DNA of 64,000 nt from Candidatus Poribacteria bacterium (GTDB taxonomy: Bacteria > Poribacteria > WGA-4E > WGA-3G), in assembly GCA_965197475.1 (NCBI GenBank), contig CBDANF010000003.1:1376001-1440000 (forward strand), written 5' to 3'. Positions 9,991 to 20,369 of the stretch are shown piece by piece. The notes under the pieces were generated by a model. That model worked only from the letters and a program-made list of their open reading frames with translations. It had not been told where the DNA came from and made no database searches. A program made the position numbers and the translations under genes. How positions within the stretch are numbered: the first letter of the stretch is position 1; each line of letters starts with the position of its first letter.

Positions 9991-11526
9991 CTATACTTCG
10001 CTTTTGATGAAAACCAGAAATATTATCATAAAGAGAAGAAGGTTCATCATTAGTAATAAGAGTAGATCCGGTAACGCTCGCTCCGCATTTATTCGGACAC
10101 TGCTTCTCTGAAAAGAAAACTGAGGTAAACGATCCCAATCTACCGCGCCCTTGTCGGCAGAAAACCATTGTTGAGACCCGAAAGCGTTCTTATCGTAGTA
10201 ATAGTCAATCAAGGTCCGTCGATGCCTTCGCGCCGCTTCAAAAAAATCTCTGAGTCCGCTCAGGTCTGTCCCCGCCCACGCTTGCGTTGCCGCGTCGTAC
10301 ATCCCGACTGGCGAACCTCTCAAAAGGATGCGATCAATAATCGCTGGTTGAACGAAGATAGTTTCGAGTGCCTGTTTTCGGACAAGCCATGCGCGTTCTG
10401 CGGTGTTGACGATTTGCGGTCCGAGGAAGCGGTAATAATCCTGCGCGTGTGGCACCTGAGGTTTGGATGCTTCACTAAGCTTCTCAATGTTTGAAACAGC
10501 GTGATAGTCATACCTAAGTATTGATGAATCTCTATGAAAATATTCGTAGTGGTAACCTGATCCCCATATCATGTTGAAATTCGGATCTGCTCCTACCATG
10601 CCAAAATGCGGATCTTCTCCTGGAACGGCATCATTCGCAAGGAAGTGTTTTCGCTCTCTGTCGAATTCCTCCCATATCTGTTTAATTTCGTCGTAAGCGG
10701 ATACCATACGTGGTTGAGAAGTCTGAGGCGGGGCAATAGCGGCGAGAATCGCGTTTGGATACACTAACACCCAAAACCCCCAGACAAACATAGCAAGCAT
10801 CAGCACAGTGCCGGTTCTGCGGGTTACTGTTGAAATTAGCATGCCGATGAGGTAGAATACCGACAGATACACAATTGAACTCAAAACAATGCCACCGATA
10901 CAGAGAAGATCATTAATATTCAGGGAAATAGCGGTGGATGTCGTCAGCAAAATCACTGCAAGGAACAGACTTGTCAGCAACGGGACAAGCAAGCAGAGCA
11001 TCGCACTGATGTATTTCGCAAGCAGGATTTGGCCGCGACTCACCGGATGCGTTACGACCAAACGCAATGTGCCGCGCTCGCGTTCCCCCGCAATGGCATC
11101 GTAGGCGAAAATAAGTGCGATTAGACTCAGAACGACCTCAAAAATAAAAACAATATCAATCGAAGTGAAGAGGTTGAGAAGTGGATTCGTCATTTTATAC
11201 GTTCCAGTATCCCACAGTGTCGGTACAAAACCTTGAGATATCCAAATTTCGTTCCCCAGTCGTTTATCCAACCCGATATTGAAAATACTCAACGGATTTG
11301 GTGGACGGGCAACGTGCAATCTTCCGCCCGAATAAGTCTTCAATTCCCGCGATCGCTGATGCTCCGTTTTGAGAACAGTGTTGTAACCTTCCAAGCGTCG
11401 CTCATAATCTTTGATAAGCACAAAGGTATTGGCAACCACGAGCAACAGCATAATGAAAACTGCAGCAGCGAATCGGAATGTCATCAAATTATCAAGGAGT
11501 TCTCTACGGATGAGTGTTCTTATCAT
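9991..11526 (-). CDS. ABC-2 type permease subunit (intact paralog)
   Basis: AYDAIAGERERGTLRL and PVSRGQILLAKY motifs; multiple TM segments. Confidence 0.92.
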   Translation of the reverse strand: MIRTLIRRELLDNLMTFRFAAAVFIMLLLVVANTFVLIKDYERRLEGYNTVLKTEHQRSRELKTYSGGRLHVARPPNPLSIFNIGLDKRLGNEIWISQGFVPTLWDTGTYKMTNPLLNLFTSIDIVFIFEVVLSLIALIFAYDAIAGERERGTLRLVVTHPVSRGQILLAKYISAMLCLLVPLLTSLFLAVILLTTSTAISLNINDLLCIGGIVLSSIVYLSVFYLIGMLISTVTRRTGTVLMLAMFVWGFWVLVYPNAILAAIAPPQTSQPRMVSAYDEIKQIWEEFDRERKHFLANDAVPGEDPHFGMVGADPNFNMIWGSGYHYEYFHRDSSILRYDYHAVSNIEKLSEASKPQVPHAQDYYRFLGPQIVNTAERAWLVRKQALETIFVQPAIIDRILLRGSPVGMYDAATQAWAGTDLSGLRDFFEAARRHRRTLIDYYYDKNAFGSQQWFSADKGAVDWDRLPQFSFQRSSVRINAERALPDLLLLLMMNLLLFMIIFLVFIKSEV

Positions 11527-11612
11527 AAGTTTTCTGTATGAATCTGTTCAAATGGAAAAATACACCATCGGTTTTAACGCTTAAACACATTTTCGGATGC
11601 ACTTTTGGAACG

Positions 11613-12080
11613 TCAAGAGAGTGATAACTTATGCATTGCTGCAAGATATAAAGCTTTGATTTTCAAACGTTCCCGGCTTGGACTGATTTTCGGGAAGCAC
11701 GAGAACAGTTTCGCTTCACTGACTTCGTTAAGGTCTAATGGACTACCTAACTTTTTAATCTCTCCCAAGTAAGCAATTCCCCAATATTTGAGATTGAACA
11801 TGAAGCAGCGGATGTAACACAACACTTCAATGTTTTTCAACGTCGCGCCTGTCTCTTCCATGAGTTCACGGTGCAAAGCTTCTTCAGCTGTTTCTCCAGA
11901 TTCAATATGTCCGCCCGGCAAAACCCAGATGTTGTCATCCCGCCATTTGCAGAAAAGTATCTGATTTTGTTGATACGCAAGACAAGTAACGAACTCAAAT
12001 TGTCCTACATTTTCTGGAGGGTCACTAAAATAGAATAACATGTAACCGTCTTGTTTTTCAATTTTTCTCCTTAAATTCAT
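11613..12080 (-). CDS. NUDIX hydrolase
   Basis: Nudix box GGHIESGETAEEALHRELMEETG. Confidence 0.92.
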   Translation of the reverse strand: MNLRRKIEKQDGYMLFYFSDPPENVGQFEFVTCLAYQQNQILFCKWRDDNIWVLPGGHIESGETAEEALHRELMEETGATLKNIEVLCYIRCFMFNLKYWGIAYLGEIKKLGSPLDLNEVSEAKLFSCFPKISPSRERLKIKALYLAAMHKLSLS

Positions 12081-12105
12081 ATAATGTCTCTAATAATGTG
12101 AGTTG

Positions 12106-12445
12106 GCTCATGTAAAAAGTATATGCTTTTTGTTTAGCTGTGCTATAGTTTAGTGTATGGATTTTCCAATACTTTCTTTGATTGATGAAGAACGTGCGGG
12201 GGAATGGTTGCTAAATCATTTCCATCCTCAGGGTCTATACTGTCCACATTGCGATGCAAGCGTGGAGGAGGCACGCCATTTCCGAACAACAAAAACGAGT
12301 TGCTTAAAGGTATACTGCTGTCCTGTATGTGCAGGTGTGTCCAACCTATATAGTGGGACAGTATTTGCTCAAAAGCAGTTTCGTCCTTCGCAGGTTGTTC
12401 TTCTTGGACAAGGTCTGCTAAAACGCACTCAATCTTAACATGAGC
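12106..12445 (+). mobile_element. Internally deleted IS remnant (Zn-ribbon N-terminus of an IS1595/IS1-like transposase)
   Basis: Imperfect TIR GCTCATGTAAA / TTAACATGAGC. ORF 12157-12438 has CPHC...CPVC and SGTVF but no DDE core. Confidence 0.65.
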
Positions 12446-12446
12446 T

Positions 12447-12794
12447 GAAATGGATTATCAAGACTACGCGCCGAAGCATTAGAAATCATCGGAACGGAAC
12501 TGTGATAAATTTCAAGTGTTTCCTCAAGCCGCTTGTCCAGTCCTGCGCTAAAGAGACCTAAGGGTTAGGAGGGCGTTCAACAAAAAGTTTTAAAAATGAA
12601 TAGGTTTTCGCTTCTTGCGCTTTCTGACGATGAACATTTTCTTGATGGCTATATCTTTCCAACCGCCCTTCGTAGTCTTCGAGAAGTACGACAGCATTCT
12701 TGACAACAAGCAGGAGTGTAATGATAACAGCAGCAAAAAACCGTGCGTTCATCAGATGCGCGAGAAATTCTTGTCGGATAAGTGTTCGTAACAT
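12447..12794 (-). pseudogene. 5' fragment of ABC-2 permease, frameshifted and truncated by the IS remnant
   Basis: MLRTLIRQEFL...ERPPNP continues after a frameshift near 12560 as LGLFSAGLDKRL...SLDNPF (paralog PNPLSIFNIGLDKRL) and stops at the IS end. Confidence 0.8.
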
Positions 12795-12923
12795 AACGTC
12801 TCCTTAAAAATTTGAGGGGTTGCTTATTAGAGAAACTTCGGATGGGAAGGATAGTAAAAACCGCACAGGATAGAGAAGAGGAGGATTACGCTATCTGTAA
12901 GCCACGCAATGAGGAAGAATAAG

Positions 12924-14337
12924 TTAAATATCGGAACGGAAGAATTTTAGAAACGCCACAGTTGTCAACGCCACTGCAAAGAAGCAGAGTAGCAGTACAT
13001 CTACCATTGATTGACGGAGTGTTTCTCCTAAGGTTATTGTCTCTAAAGGTGGCGGTTGTGTGATTTTGACAGTATCCTCTGCTGTAAATGATCTTCCTGA
13101 AGCATGATCCGAAATTTTGCTGAACAAATCTGTATGGAGCATATCGTAATAGCGATCTCCCACTTGAAAATAGATACTTCTTGCGCCTTTTCCTGTCTGT
13201 GTTAGGTTAGTAGCAAGGTAGGTGAGAGAAGATGTCGGTGTGATTCGGGAAAGCATCTCACCGATCTGCTCTTGTCGTTCGGTTTCACGTTTGTAATCGC
13301 GATCGAGTTTGTCAGCATAGTCTTGGAATTTCGATCGATATTCCTCTTCGAGAGGTTTCACGCGTTCATCAACTTTTTTAGCATTTTCTCCTCCTATCAT
13401 TACATTGCCGTCCTCATCCGGGGGGATCTCCATTATGAATTTCCATTTTTCCTTATCGATTACCGCGTTGAAATCGTCTCGCATGGCTGTTTTTTCCATA
13501 TAGACACTCTGCAAAGTTCGTGTTGGAGCGATGAGTTTTGCGGCGAGAAACCCAACGCGTGGTGTAATCAACACGGCAAACACCCATACGGTGAAGGCGA
13601 CGATGAGCGCAGTTTTGGAATTGTCTAAGTAGGTAGAAATCACCGTTCCGATTGCAAAAAATACACCAATGTAGAGTAGTGATACGAGGGTTAGAATGAG
13701 CACTCGTGGAAAAATTTCTGCCTCGCCGAGAGGAAAGCCTTGCCAGACAAGCACAAGTAGACCAAATAGAAAAGACACCAAAAACGGAACGACAAACACA
13801 ATGTATCCGCCAATCAATTTGCTCCACAGAAATAGGTCGCGTGGCAAAGAGTTTGCTAAGGTAATTCGGAGTGTGCCTGTTTCTCTTTCCCCAGCAACGG
13901 CATCGAACGTAAACAACAACGCAAGGAGACTAAAGACTGTGCCTACCACAAACAGAAAATCGAGATGTCCTAAAAGATAGGAAAGGGGTGCCGAAACCAG
14001 TGCTGGTGGACCTAAGTGTAACCCCATTGCGCGTCATTCCAAGGTAGCTCGGGAGTGCATCCCCTAATCCATTTGCAAAGACACTTAAGGGTGTGGGTTT
14101 GAGAATGAGTTTGGAAACCTCAATCTCCGGTTCCAACGGCATCTTCGGGTTTACCGTGGTTTCCTCAATGTTGGCAAGCTTGACAGCTTCTTGATAGTCA
14201 ATCAGATTTTGGCGATAATTCCGATAGTTAATGAAAAGGGTGAGTGGGATGAGCAGGAGACACATCAAAAGCAGTGCCACAAACCGGACGCTCAGGATAT
14301 GATGCATCATCTCTTTGCGAATTAGCGTTAGTAACAT
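12924..14337 (-). pseudogene. ABC-2 type permease with frameshift near 14015
   Basis: ORF 13930-14337 gives the N-terminus and ORF 12924-14027 the remainder (FDAVAGERETGTLR) in a different frame. Confidence 0.85.
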
Positions 14338-14959
14338 TTAGTGTTCTCCATATATGATGGCAAAAAACTCCCTTAAGATTTACACAAATCCGTTTTTTGC
14401 TGGTGCAATTAACGTGTACGCCAGTAAAAGGTGTGGTGTGCAAGCTTACGGTTATTAAGCCAGAACAGGATAGCCCATAAGAGTCTATCGCGCTATTCTT
14501 TATGCTATATCTGGATAGTAGATGGCTTCTTTCCCATATTCCGGTTTGGATCCTGAGGAGGCATTGATTTTTTAAGACGTTCTAAAGTTTCTTGTAAATG
14601 CTCAATCTGTTTTCTGGCGTTCTCAAGTTGTTTCCTTACACTCTCAAGCTGTTGTGAATTGAACATTTTCTTTACGCGTTCAGCCTGTGCCTTAGCTTGT
14701 TCAGCCAGCACCTTGGCGCGTTCAACTTTTTCTTTACTCTGTTCAACTTGTTCTGCAGCTTTCCGAAGATTGGCATAATCCATTTCCAATTTATCAATAT
14801 AGGCGGCTTTATAGGTTTCCCAATCATCTGTCGGTGGAATGCCGAGAATTCTGGCGTTACGGAGATTTGGATTGTCTTCTAAAAATGCCAAAGTATGTCG
14901 TTTTGACAGGTAGGACGCGTACTCTCCGAAATTTTCTATGGTGATACCTTTGTCCAAAA

Positions 14960-15230
14960 GTATCTGAAGCCATGCTGCTCTCGGATATCGTGCATCAATT
15001 TCCTCGTTTGTAAACTGGCTGACGTGTCTTTTTCCATCAACACTATCAATTATATTGGATAAATTTACTTTCCCCTCACCGGAAAGTTTTATAGAAGCAC
15101 CTTCATTCAGACGCATCTTAAGCCATGTTATCTGTTGATGTTGCGCATCAATTTCCTCGTTTGTAAATTGGCTGACGTGTCTTTTTCTGTCAACACTATC
15201 AATCTTATGGGAGAGGTTTACTTCACTTGT
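14960..15230 (-). repeat. 153-bp (51-aa) intragenic tandem duplication
   Basis: GCATCAATTTCCTCGTTTGTAAA(C/T)TGGCTGACGTGTCTTTTT at 14992 and 15145; VNLS..IDSVD.KRHVSQFTNEEIDA occurs twice. Confidence 0.85.
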
Positions 15231-15281
15231 TGTTAGTATAGAAGCAGTGATTGTTCCGCCATCGGTTTTACGGTATATAAT

Positions 15282-16321
15282 AGACATTATAACTAATTAG
15301 TTGTCCGTTTGGTTAGTCTCTATTATACTTATTACAATCGGACAATAGGAGGCTAACTCATGATAAGTTTTCAAGAACTAAGGGACAAACCTGATACGCT
15401 CCTGTCCCTCACCGGATATACCTTAGAAGATTGGACTGAACTATCACCTTATTTTACTAAATGTTTTTTAGAGTATGTTCAAACACATACCCTTGCAGGA
15501 AAACCGCGCAAAAAACGGAGATATAAACCGTATAAAAATAGTCGTTTTGATACACCTGAAGATATGTTGCTATTTATACTGATTTACCTTCGTGAAGCAC
15601 CGAAACAAGTGCTATTCGGTGCGCTCTTTGGCATGTCTCAACCTCTTGCTAATAGATGGATTCACTTGCTTTTATCGATATTGAACAAAGCATTAGCAGA
15701 ACTTGGAGAGTTGCCATCTCGGGAAACAGACCCCGCCCCTATATGTGCTCCATCAAAAGTATCAACTCAAAATCAAGAAGGAGAACATTTTTTTCATGAT
15801 AGCACCGAACGCCCGATACGACGCCCAAAAGACCCGTCAACTCAAAAGGCGTATTATAGTGGTAAAAAGAAATGCCATACAGTGAAAAATAATCTGATTA
15901 TCAATGAGGCCTGCAAAGTCGTCCTATTGACACCTTCTTTTGAAGGAAGACACCATGACAAACACATAGCCGATATGGTGGGCTATTGTGTGCCACAGGG
16001 TAGCACATTGTCCCAAGATACCGGTTTTCAGGGTTTCGTTCTCCCGGATATAAACATCATTCAACCAAAGAAAAAACCGAGAGGTAGAGAACGGACGAAT
16101 GAAGAAAAAGAAAACAATAGAAAGATAGCGTCATACGCATACGCGTTGAACATGCGATTAGTGGTGTCAAAAGATGCCGCATTGTCAAAGATAAACTCAG
16201 GAATTGGAAGAAAGGGTTTTGTGATTTAGTTATGGAAACTTGTTGTGGTTTACACAACTTCCGACTAAACTTTAGACCCTGGCGTTATGAAACTCCTGTT
16301 ATTTAAATCATTATAATGTCT
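15282..16321 (+). mobile_element. IS5-family element, copy B
   Basis: Ends AGACATTATAA.../...TTATAATGTCT. TSD AAT at 15279-15281 and 16322-16324. Confidence 0.92.
15360..16306 (+). pseudogene. IS5-family transposase, frameshifted
   Basis: 1-nt deletion near 16132 (GCGTCATACG vs GCGTCTATACG in copies A and C) moves the catalytic VEHAI segment out of frame. Confidence 0.85.
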
Positions 16322-16711
16322 AATCACCCTGGTTTTTAAATGGTGACGATTGTAGATTTTGTCAAACGCTTCCATCAGGGCTTGCACGGTTTGTGGTCCA
16401 TTATATTCTTTAGCGGTACTTAGTCCCTCCTTCGTTAGTTTTGCCATTTCAATCATACTGAACCCTCCTGTATTCTCTGCTGTTTCTGAGTTCGCGTGTA
16501 ACCCAAAAATAGTGGCTATACCCAGAACTGTCAAAAGCGAAAAAAATCGTATAATGTTTTTACGTTTCATAATGTCTCCTTCGCTAATTTAAATTGTAGA
16601 TGTGATCCCTATGTTTGTAAACCTGCGTTTGTCCGTTAATCCTTTGCTAATTTCTATACACTTGACTCTCAGAAAAGTTGCAGAAAAATAATTCTTACTC
16701 AAATTCACAAC

Positions 16712-17122
16712 TTACGTCCCAAACAACTCGGTTTTGTACGTTTCAACAATTGCGTTGAAAACGGATTCAGGAATATCCTCTAACTGCGATGCTAACTCCT
16801 CTTCAACATTAACCATCAGACTGTGATCAAATGTTTCGCGTTCTGCACAAGGGTCAAAAGATTCACCATGCGATTCCAGTAGAATTGCTAAACGCGCAGG
16901 TGTCAAACCCGCAGAGATACCGTGCAAGTCCCAAGCGGTGCCACGATAACCTTTTTCATAATCTGTGCCGAGATGTTTCTGTAAGATTTCTTCTCTTTCT
17001 GCGCCTTGCGCGCTGCTGTTTTCAAGTTCTTCTGCAGCAGCAATTGCTCGCGCGTCCAATTCTATTTGGAATGCTGTTGAAGCATCCGCAGCTGCGACAG
17101 AATATATTTTGTAGGTCTCCAT
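16712..17122 (-). CDS. Hypothetical protein (acidic, 136 aa)
   Basis: GAGGGA RBS; lies directly downstream of nnr. Confidence 0.75.
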   Translation of the reverse strand: METYKIYSVAAADASTAFQIELDARAIAAAEELENSSAQGAEREEILQKHLGTDYEKGYRGTAWDLHGISAGLTPARLAILLESHGESFDPCAERETFDHSLMVNVEEELASQLEDIPESVFNAIVETYKTELFGT

Positions 17123-17140
17123 TTTCCCTCACAAATTAGG

Positions 17141-18754
17141 TTAATTGGATATCAGTGATGAAATAGCCTCAGGTACTGCCTGTAGCACATCACCTGCGAT
17201 GAGTCCGTGCATTCCCAACGTTTCAGCGGCAATGTCTCCCGCTAATCCATGTAGGTAAACACCAAGTACTGCTGCTTTTTCACTTGGCACATTTTGCGCC
17301 ATCAATCCTGCAATTATGCCTGTCAACACATCTCCCATTCCCGCTGTTGACATACCAGGGTTACCTGTTGAGTTTATCCATACATTTTCGTTTAGATCTG
17401 AAACAACTGTGGGTGCACCTTTAAGTACAAGGGTTAAACCGTATTCTTTCGCAAAATCTACGGCAGTCCTAATTCTTTCTGCTTCTAATGTTGGGATGGA
17501 GGTATTTGTTAGCCGTGCCATCTCGCCAAGATGCGGTGTTAGCACTGCTTCCTCACCGAGTAATGAGATAAGTTCTGTTGCTTGTGATAAGGCGTTCAAT
17601 CCATCCGCATCAATGACCATTCTTAAACCGAGTTCCTGTTTTCGATTTTCGTTAATCAGTTGATGAACGAGTGCCACCGTTTCAGGATGTTGAGACAACC
17701 CCGGTCCTATAGCAACAACAGATTTCGTCTTCTCTGCAAATTCGAGAATAGCTGAGGTTGCTGATTCTGCTAAACTTCCTGCTCCTGTTTCAGGCAGTGG
17801 CAACGTCATTACTTCAGACAACTTAACTTCCAGAATTGGGTTCAGGCTTTTCGGAATAGCGAGCGTTACCAACCCCGCGCCAGCGCGCAAAGCTGCCTCA
17901 CTTGCAAGTGAGGCAGCTCCTGTCATCCCTGTTGAACCCGCAACGACAAGAACTCGTCCGTAACTACCCTTGTGAGAATCAGGTGAACGAGGCGGTATCC
18001 ATTCTGCAGTGTTTTTTTTAGTTGTCCAATTTACCTTAATATTCTGAGCGTCAATAACCTGTTGCGGAAAACCGATGTCAACAATTTCCAATTTGCCTGC
18101 AAGTTCGGTACCCGGATGCACCAACAAACCCCTTTTAGGTAAGCCTATTGTTACCGTCCTATCCGCTTGCACGCAGGCACCTAAAGGACTACCTGTATCT
18201 GCATCCAAACCAGAAGGCAGGTCAACAGCAAGAATAGGTATCGGATGGTCATTGATAGCATTGATTATATTTGCGATGGGTTTTCGCACGGCACCCCGTA
18301 ACCCCGTGCCAAAAATAGCATCTACCAATAATTCACAACTTGTGATACTACTCTGTGAAACTTTCAATGGAGCATCTTTTTCTTTGGAAGGATCATATCC
18401 GAGAGCATCTATAAGGGCTGCATCTGTTAGAATTTCCTCAATGTGCAACCTAAGATTTTTGGCAACATCCAAATTGGTGCGTGCTTCCCCCGTGAAACTT
18501 TCTGCTGGGGAGACAAGAAAAATATACACCTCACGACCAGCGTGGGCAAGCTGTCGTGCGATAACTAGACCATCGCCTCCGTTATTCCCCTTGCCAACAA
18601 AAATACCGATACGTTGCGCAGTCGGATAATGGCGTTCTATGACTCGGACGATTTCACTCCCCGCAGTTTCCATAAGAACAATGCCGGGAATTCCGATGCT
18701 TTCAATCGTATCCTGGTCAATTTTGCGCATTTCGGCTGCAGTCACAACTTTCAT
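17141..18754 (-). CDS. nnr: Bifunctional NAD(P)HX epimerase/dehydratase
   Basis: YjeF_N GKGNNGGDG, DAIFGTGL, DLPSG; kinase-like SHKGSYG, IGPGL, IDADGL, LTPH, TAGMGDVLTG. Confidence 0.96.
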   Translation of the reverse strand: MKVVTAAEMRKIDQDTIESIGIPGIVLMETAGSEIVRVIERHYPTAQRIGIFVGKGNNGGDGLVIARQLAHAGREVYIFLVSPAESFTGEARTNLDVAKNLRLHIEEILTDAALIDALGYDPSKEKDAPLKVSQSSITSCELLVDAIFGTGLRGAVRKPIANIINAINDHPIPILAVDLPSGLDADTGSPLGACVQADRTVTIGLPKRGLLVHPGTELAGKLEIVDIGFPQQVIDAQNIKVNWTTKKNTAEWIPPRSPDSHKGSYGRVLVVAGSTGMTGAASLASEAALRAGAGLVTLAIPKSLNPILEVKLSEVMTLPLPETGAGSLAESATSAILEFAEKTKSVVAIGPGLSQHPETVALVHQLINENRKQELGLRMVIDADGLNALSQATELISLLGEEAVLTPHLGEMARLTNTSIPTLEAERIRTAVDFAKEYGLTLVLKGAPTVVSDLNENVWINSTGNPGMSTAGMGDVLTGIIAGLMAQNVPSEKAAVLGVYLHGLAGDIAAETLGMHGLIAGDVLQAVPEAISSLISN

Positions 18755-18765
18755 GCAATATCGCC

Positions 18766-19158
18766 TTATAATTTATCTGCAAATTCTAACAACTGTGTTT
18801 CCATTTTACGAACAGCGTGTTCTAACTCATCCTGTGCTATCTGAATTTCCTGAATCCGCTGATCTTGGTGGGTTTTCAGACAGAACGTCAGATTCGTGCG
18901 GAGGTCGAACAAACTCTGCTGAATATGGTCTTGGAAAGAACCCTTTGGGTACATCCATCGCCTACCGCGAGTCTGCCGTAAATTGAAGTGACAATGTCCA
19001 TTGTTTCCGCTGAAGCAATCGAACCGCATAATCTCATCGTCATAAACATATAGAGATGCTGCTGGTCCGCGTCCGCCGACATCATCGCGCCAATATACTT
19101 GTAGCAAGACGTTATCTTGGATAGGGTATTCAACCAAATCATGTTTTCGGTTTGCCAT
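18766..19158 (-). CDS. Hypothetical protein
   Basis: AGGAG RBS before MANRKH at 19158; abuts nnr. Confidence 0.7.
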   Translation of the reverse strand: MANRKHDLVEYPIQDNVLLQVYWRDDVGGRGPAASLYVYDDEIMRFDCFSGNNGHCHFNLRQTRGRRWMYPKGSFQDHIQQSLFDLRTNLTFCLKTHQDQRIQEIQIAQDELEHAVRKMETQLLEFADKL

Positions 19159-19311
19159 CTGTAGTTCTCCTCTTCCCATAAAAAAGATTTGTGGACAGAA
19201 TTTGGTGTTGTGCACTGGGTAAAAAGTCGCTTGAGTTTCAACTTGATATGTGCTAAATTATAGCATTGTTAAGAATAAGGGTCAACACCTAACTTACCTA
19301 TAGACTTAAAG

Positions 19312-20292
19312 TTGTGGAGAAACAACTTGCTTATTTCCATTGATGAGGCACGGAAACTTGCTGAATCTTTCCTGACAACCATCGGAATGTCGGTAACTGA
19401 TTCCGCTATTATTGCGGATATTCTGTTAGAAGCGGAGTTGCGCGGAAGAAAAACGCACGGTTTCATCAGACTGCCCGGAATTAAAAACCGCTATGAGCAG
19501 GGCCAACGCGCTGAAATCCAAGTAGACAAAGAAGGTGGGCAGTGTATTCGGGTTGATGGCGGAAATCAACCGGGTTACCTTGTGGCTTACCGCGCTATGG
19601 AATTAGCGATTGAAATGGCAAAGCAGACTGGCGCGAGCATTGTTGGTGTTTACAATACATCGCACTGTGGTATGGCAGGCTACTATGCGGATATGGCAAG
19701 AAAAGCGGATGTCATCGGAATGTTATTTGCTGACTGTCTACCGCGTATTACTCCCGAAGGTGGAACTGAAGCAATTTTAGGCACAAACCCAATCGCTATC
19801 GGAATTCCTTCCAACATTGTCCCACTCCTGTTTGATATGTCTACTGCAGCGATTACCAACGGGGATCTGCTCGTAGCAATACGGGAGGAGATATCTATTC
19901 CCGAAGGTTTCGCGTTTAATTCTGACGGTAAACCGACAACAGATGCGGAAGAAGCATTGAGAGGAAGCGTCCGCCCTTTCGGTGGGCACAAAGGCTTTGG
20001 ACTTGCCCTCATAACACAAATCCTTGCGGGTGCTCTTGTGAATGCATCCACAATTCCACTTCCCGGCACAAACTACGGTTTGCTCATTATTGCACTGGAT
20101 CCTACGGTTTTTGTTCCGTTGGAACAATTTAAGATGGAAGTAGATGAGTTAATTTCTCGAATCAAAGCAAACCGGCGAGAAGCGAGTGTCGCAGAAATTC
20201 TTATCCCCGGTGAACGCGCTTATCGACAAAGGGAACTCTATCTCAAGTCAGGGATAGACTTAGACGAAACACTTGTAAATCAATTAACGTAA
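19312..20292 (+). CDS. Ldh_2 family (malate/L-lactate/L-sulfolactate-type) dehydrogenase
   Basis: AELRGRKTHG, SHCGMAGYY, GTNPIAIGIP, DMST, PFGGHKGFGLA, IPGER motifs. Confidence 0.93.
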   Translation: MWRNNLLISIDEARKLAESFLTTIGMSVTDSAIIADILLEAELRGRKTHGFIRLPGIKNRYEQGQRAEIQVDKEGGQCIRVDGGNQPGYLVAYRAMELAIEMAKQTGASIVGVYNTSHCGMAGYYADMARKADVIGMLFADCLPRITPEGGTEAILGTNPIAIGIPSNIVPLLFDMSTAAITNGDLLVAIREEISIPEGFAFNSDGKPTTDAEEALRGSVRPFGGHKGFGLALITQILAGALVNASTIPLPGTNYGLLIIALDPTVFVPLEQFKMEVDELISRIKANRREASVAEILIPGERAYRQRELYLKSGIDLDETLVNQLT

Positions 20293-20369
20293 ACACATTG
20301 GCAAGCGCGATCTTCTGATCGCAACGAAATGTAACAACGATTTTCGGATCACAACGAAAGGAAATTTAC

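Larger units (their letters stand above)
14505..16570 (-). pseudogene. Secreted protein with internal 51-aa duplication and coiled-coil tail, interrupted by IS5-family element
   Basis: Signal peptide MKRKNIIRFFSLL... Removing the IS restores ...HHLKTRVIIYRKTDGG... Confidence 0.85.
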
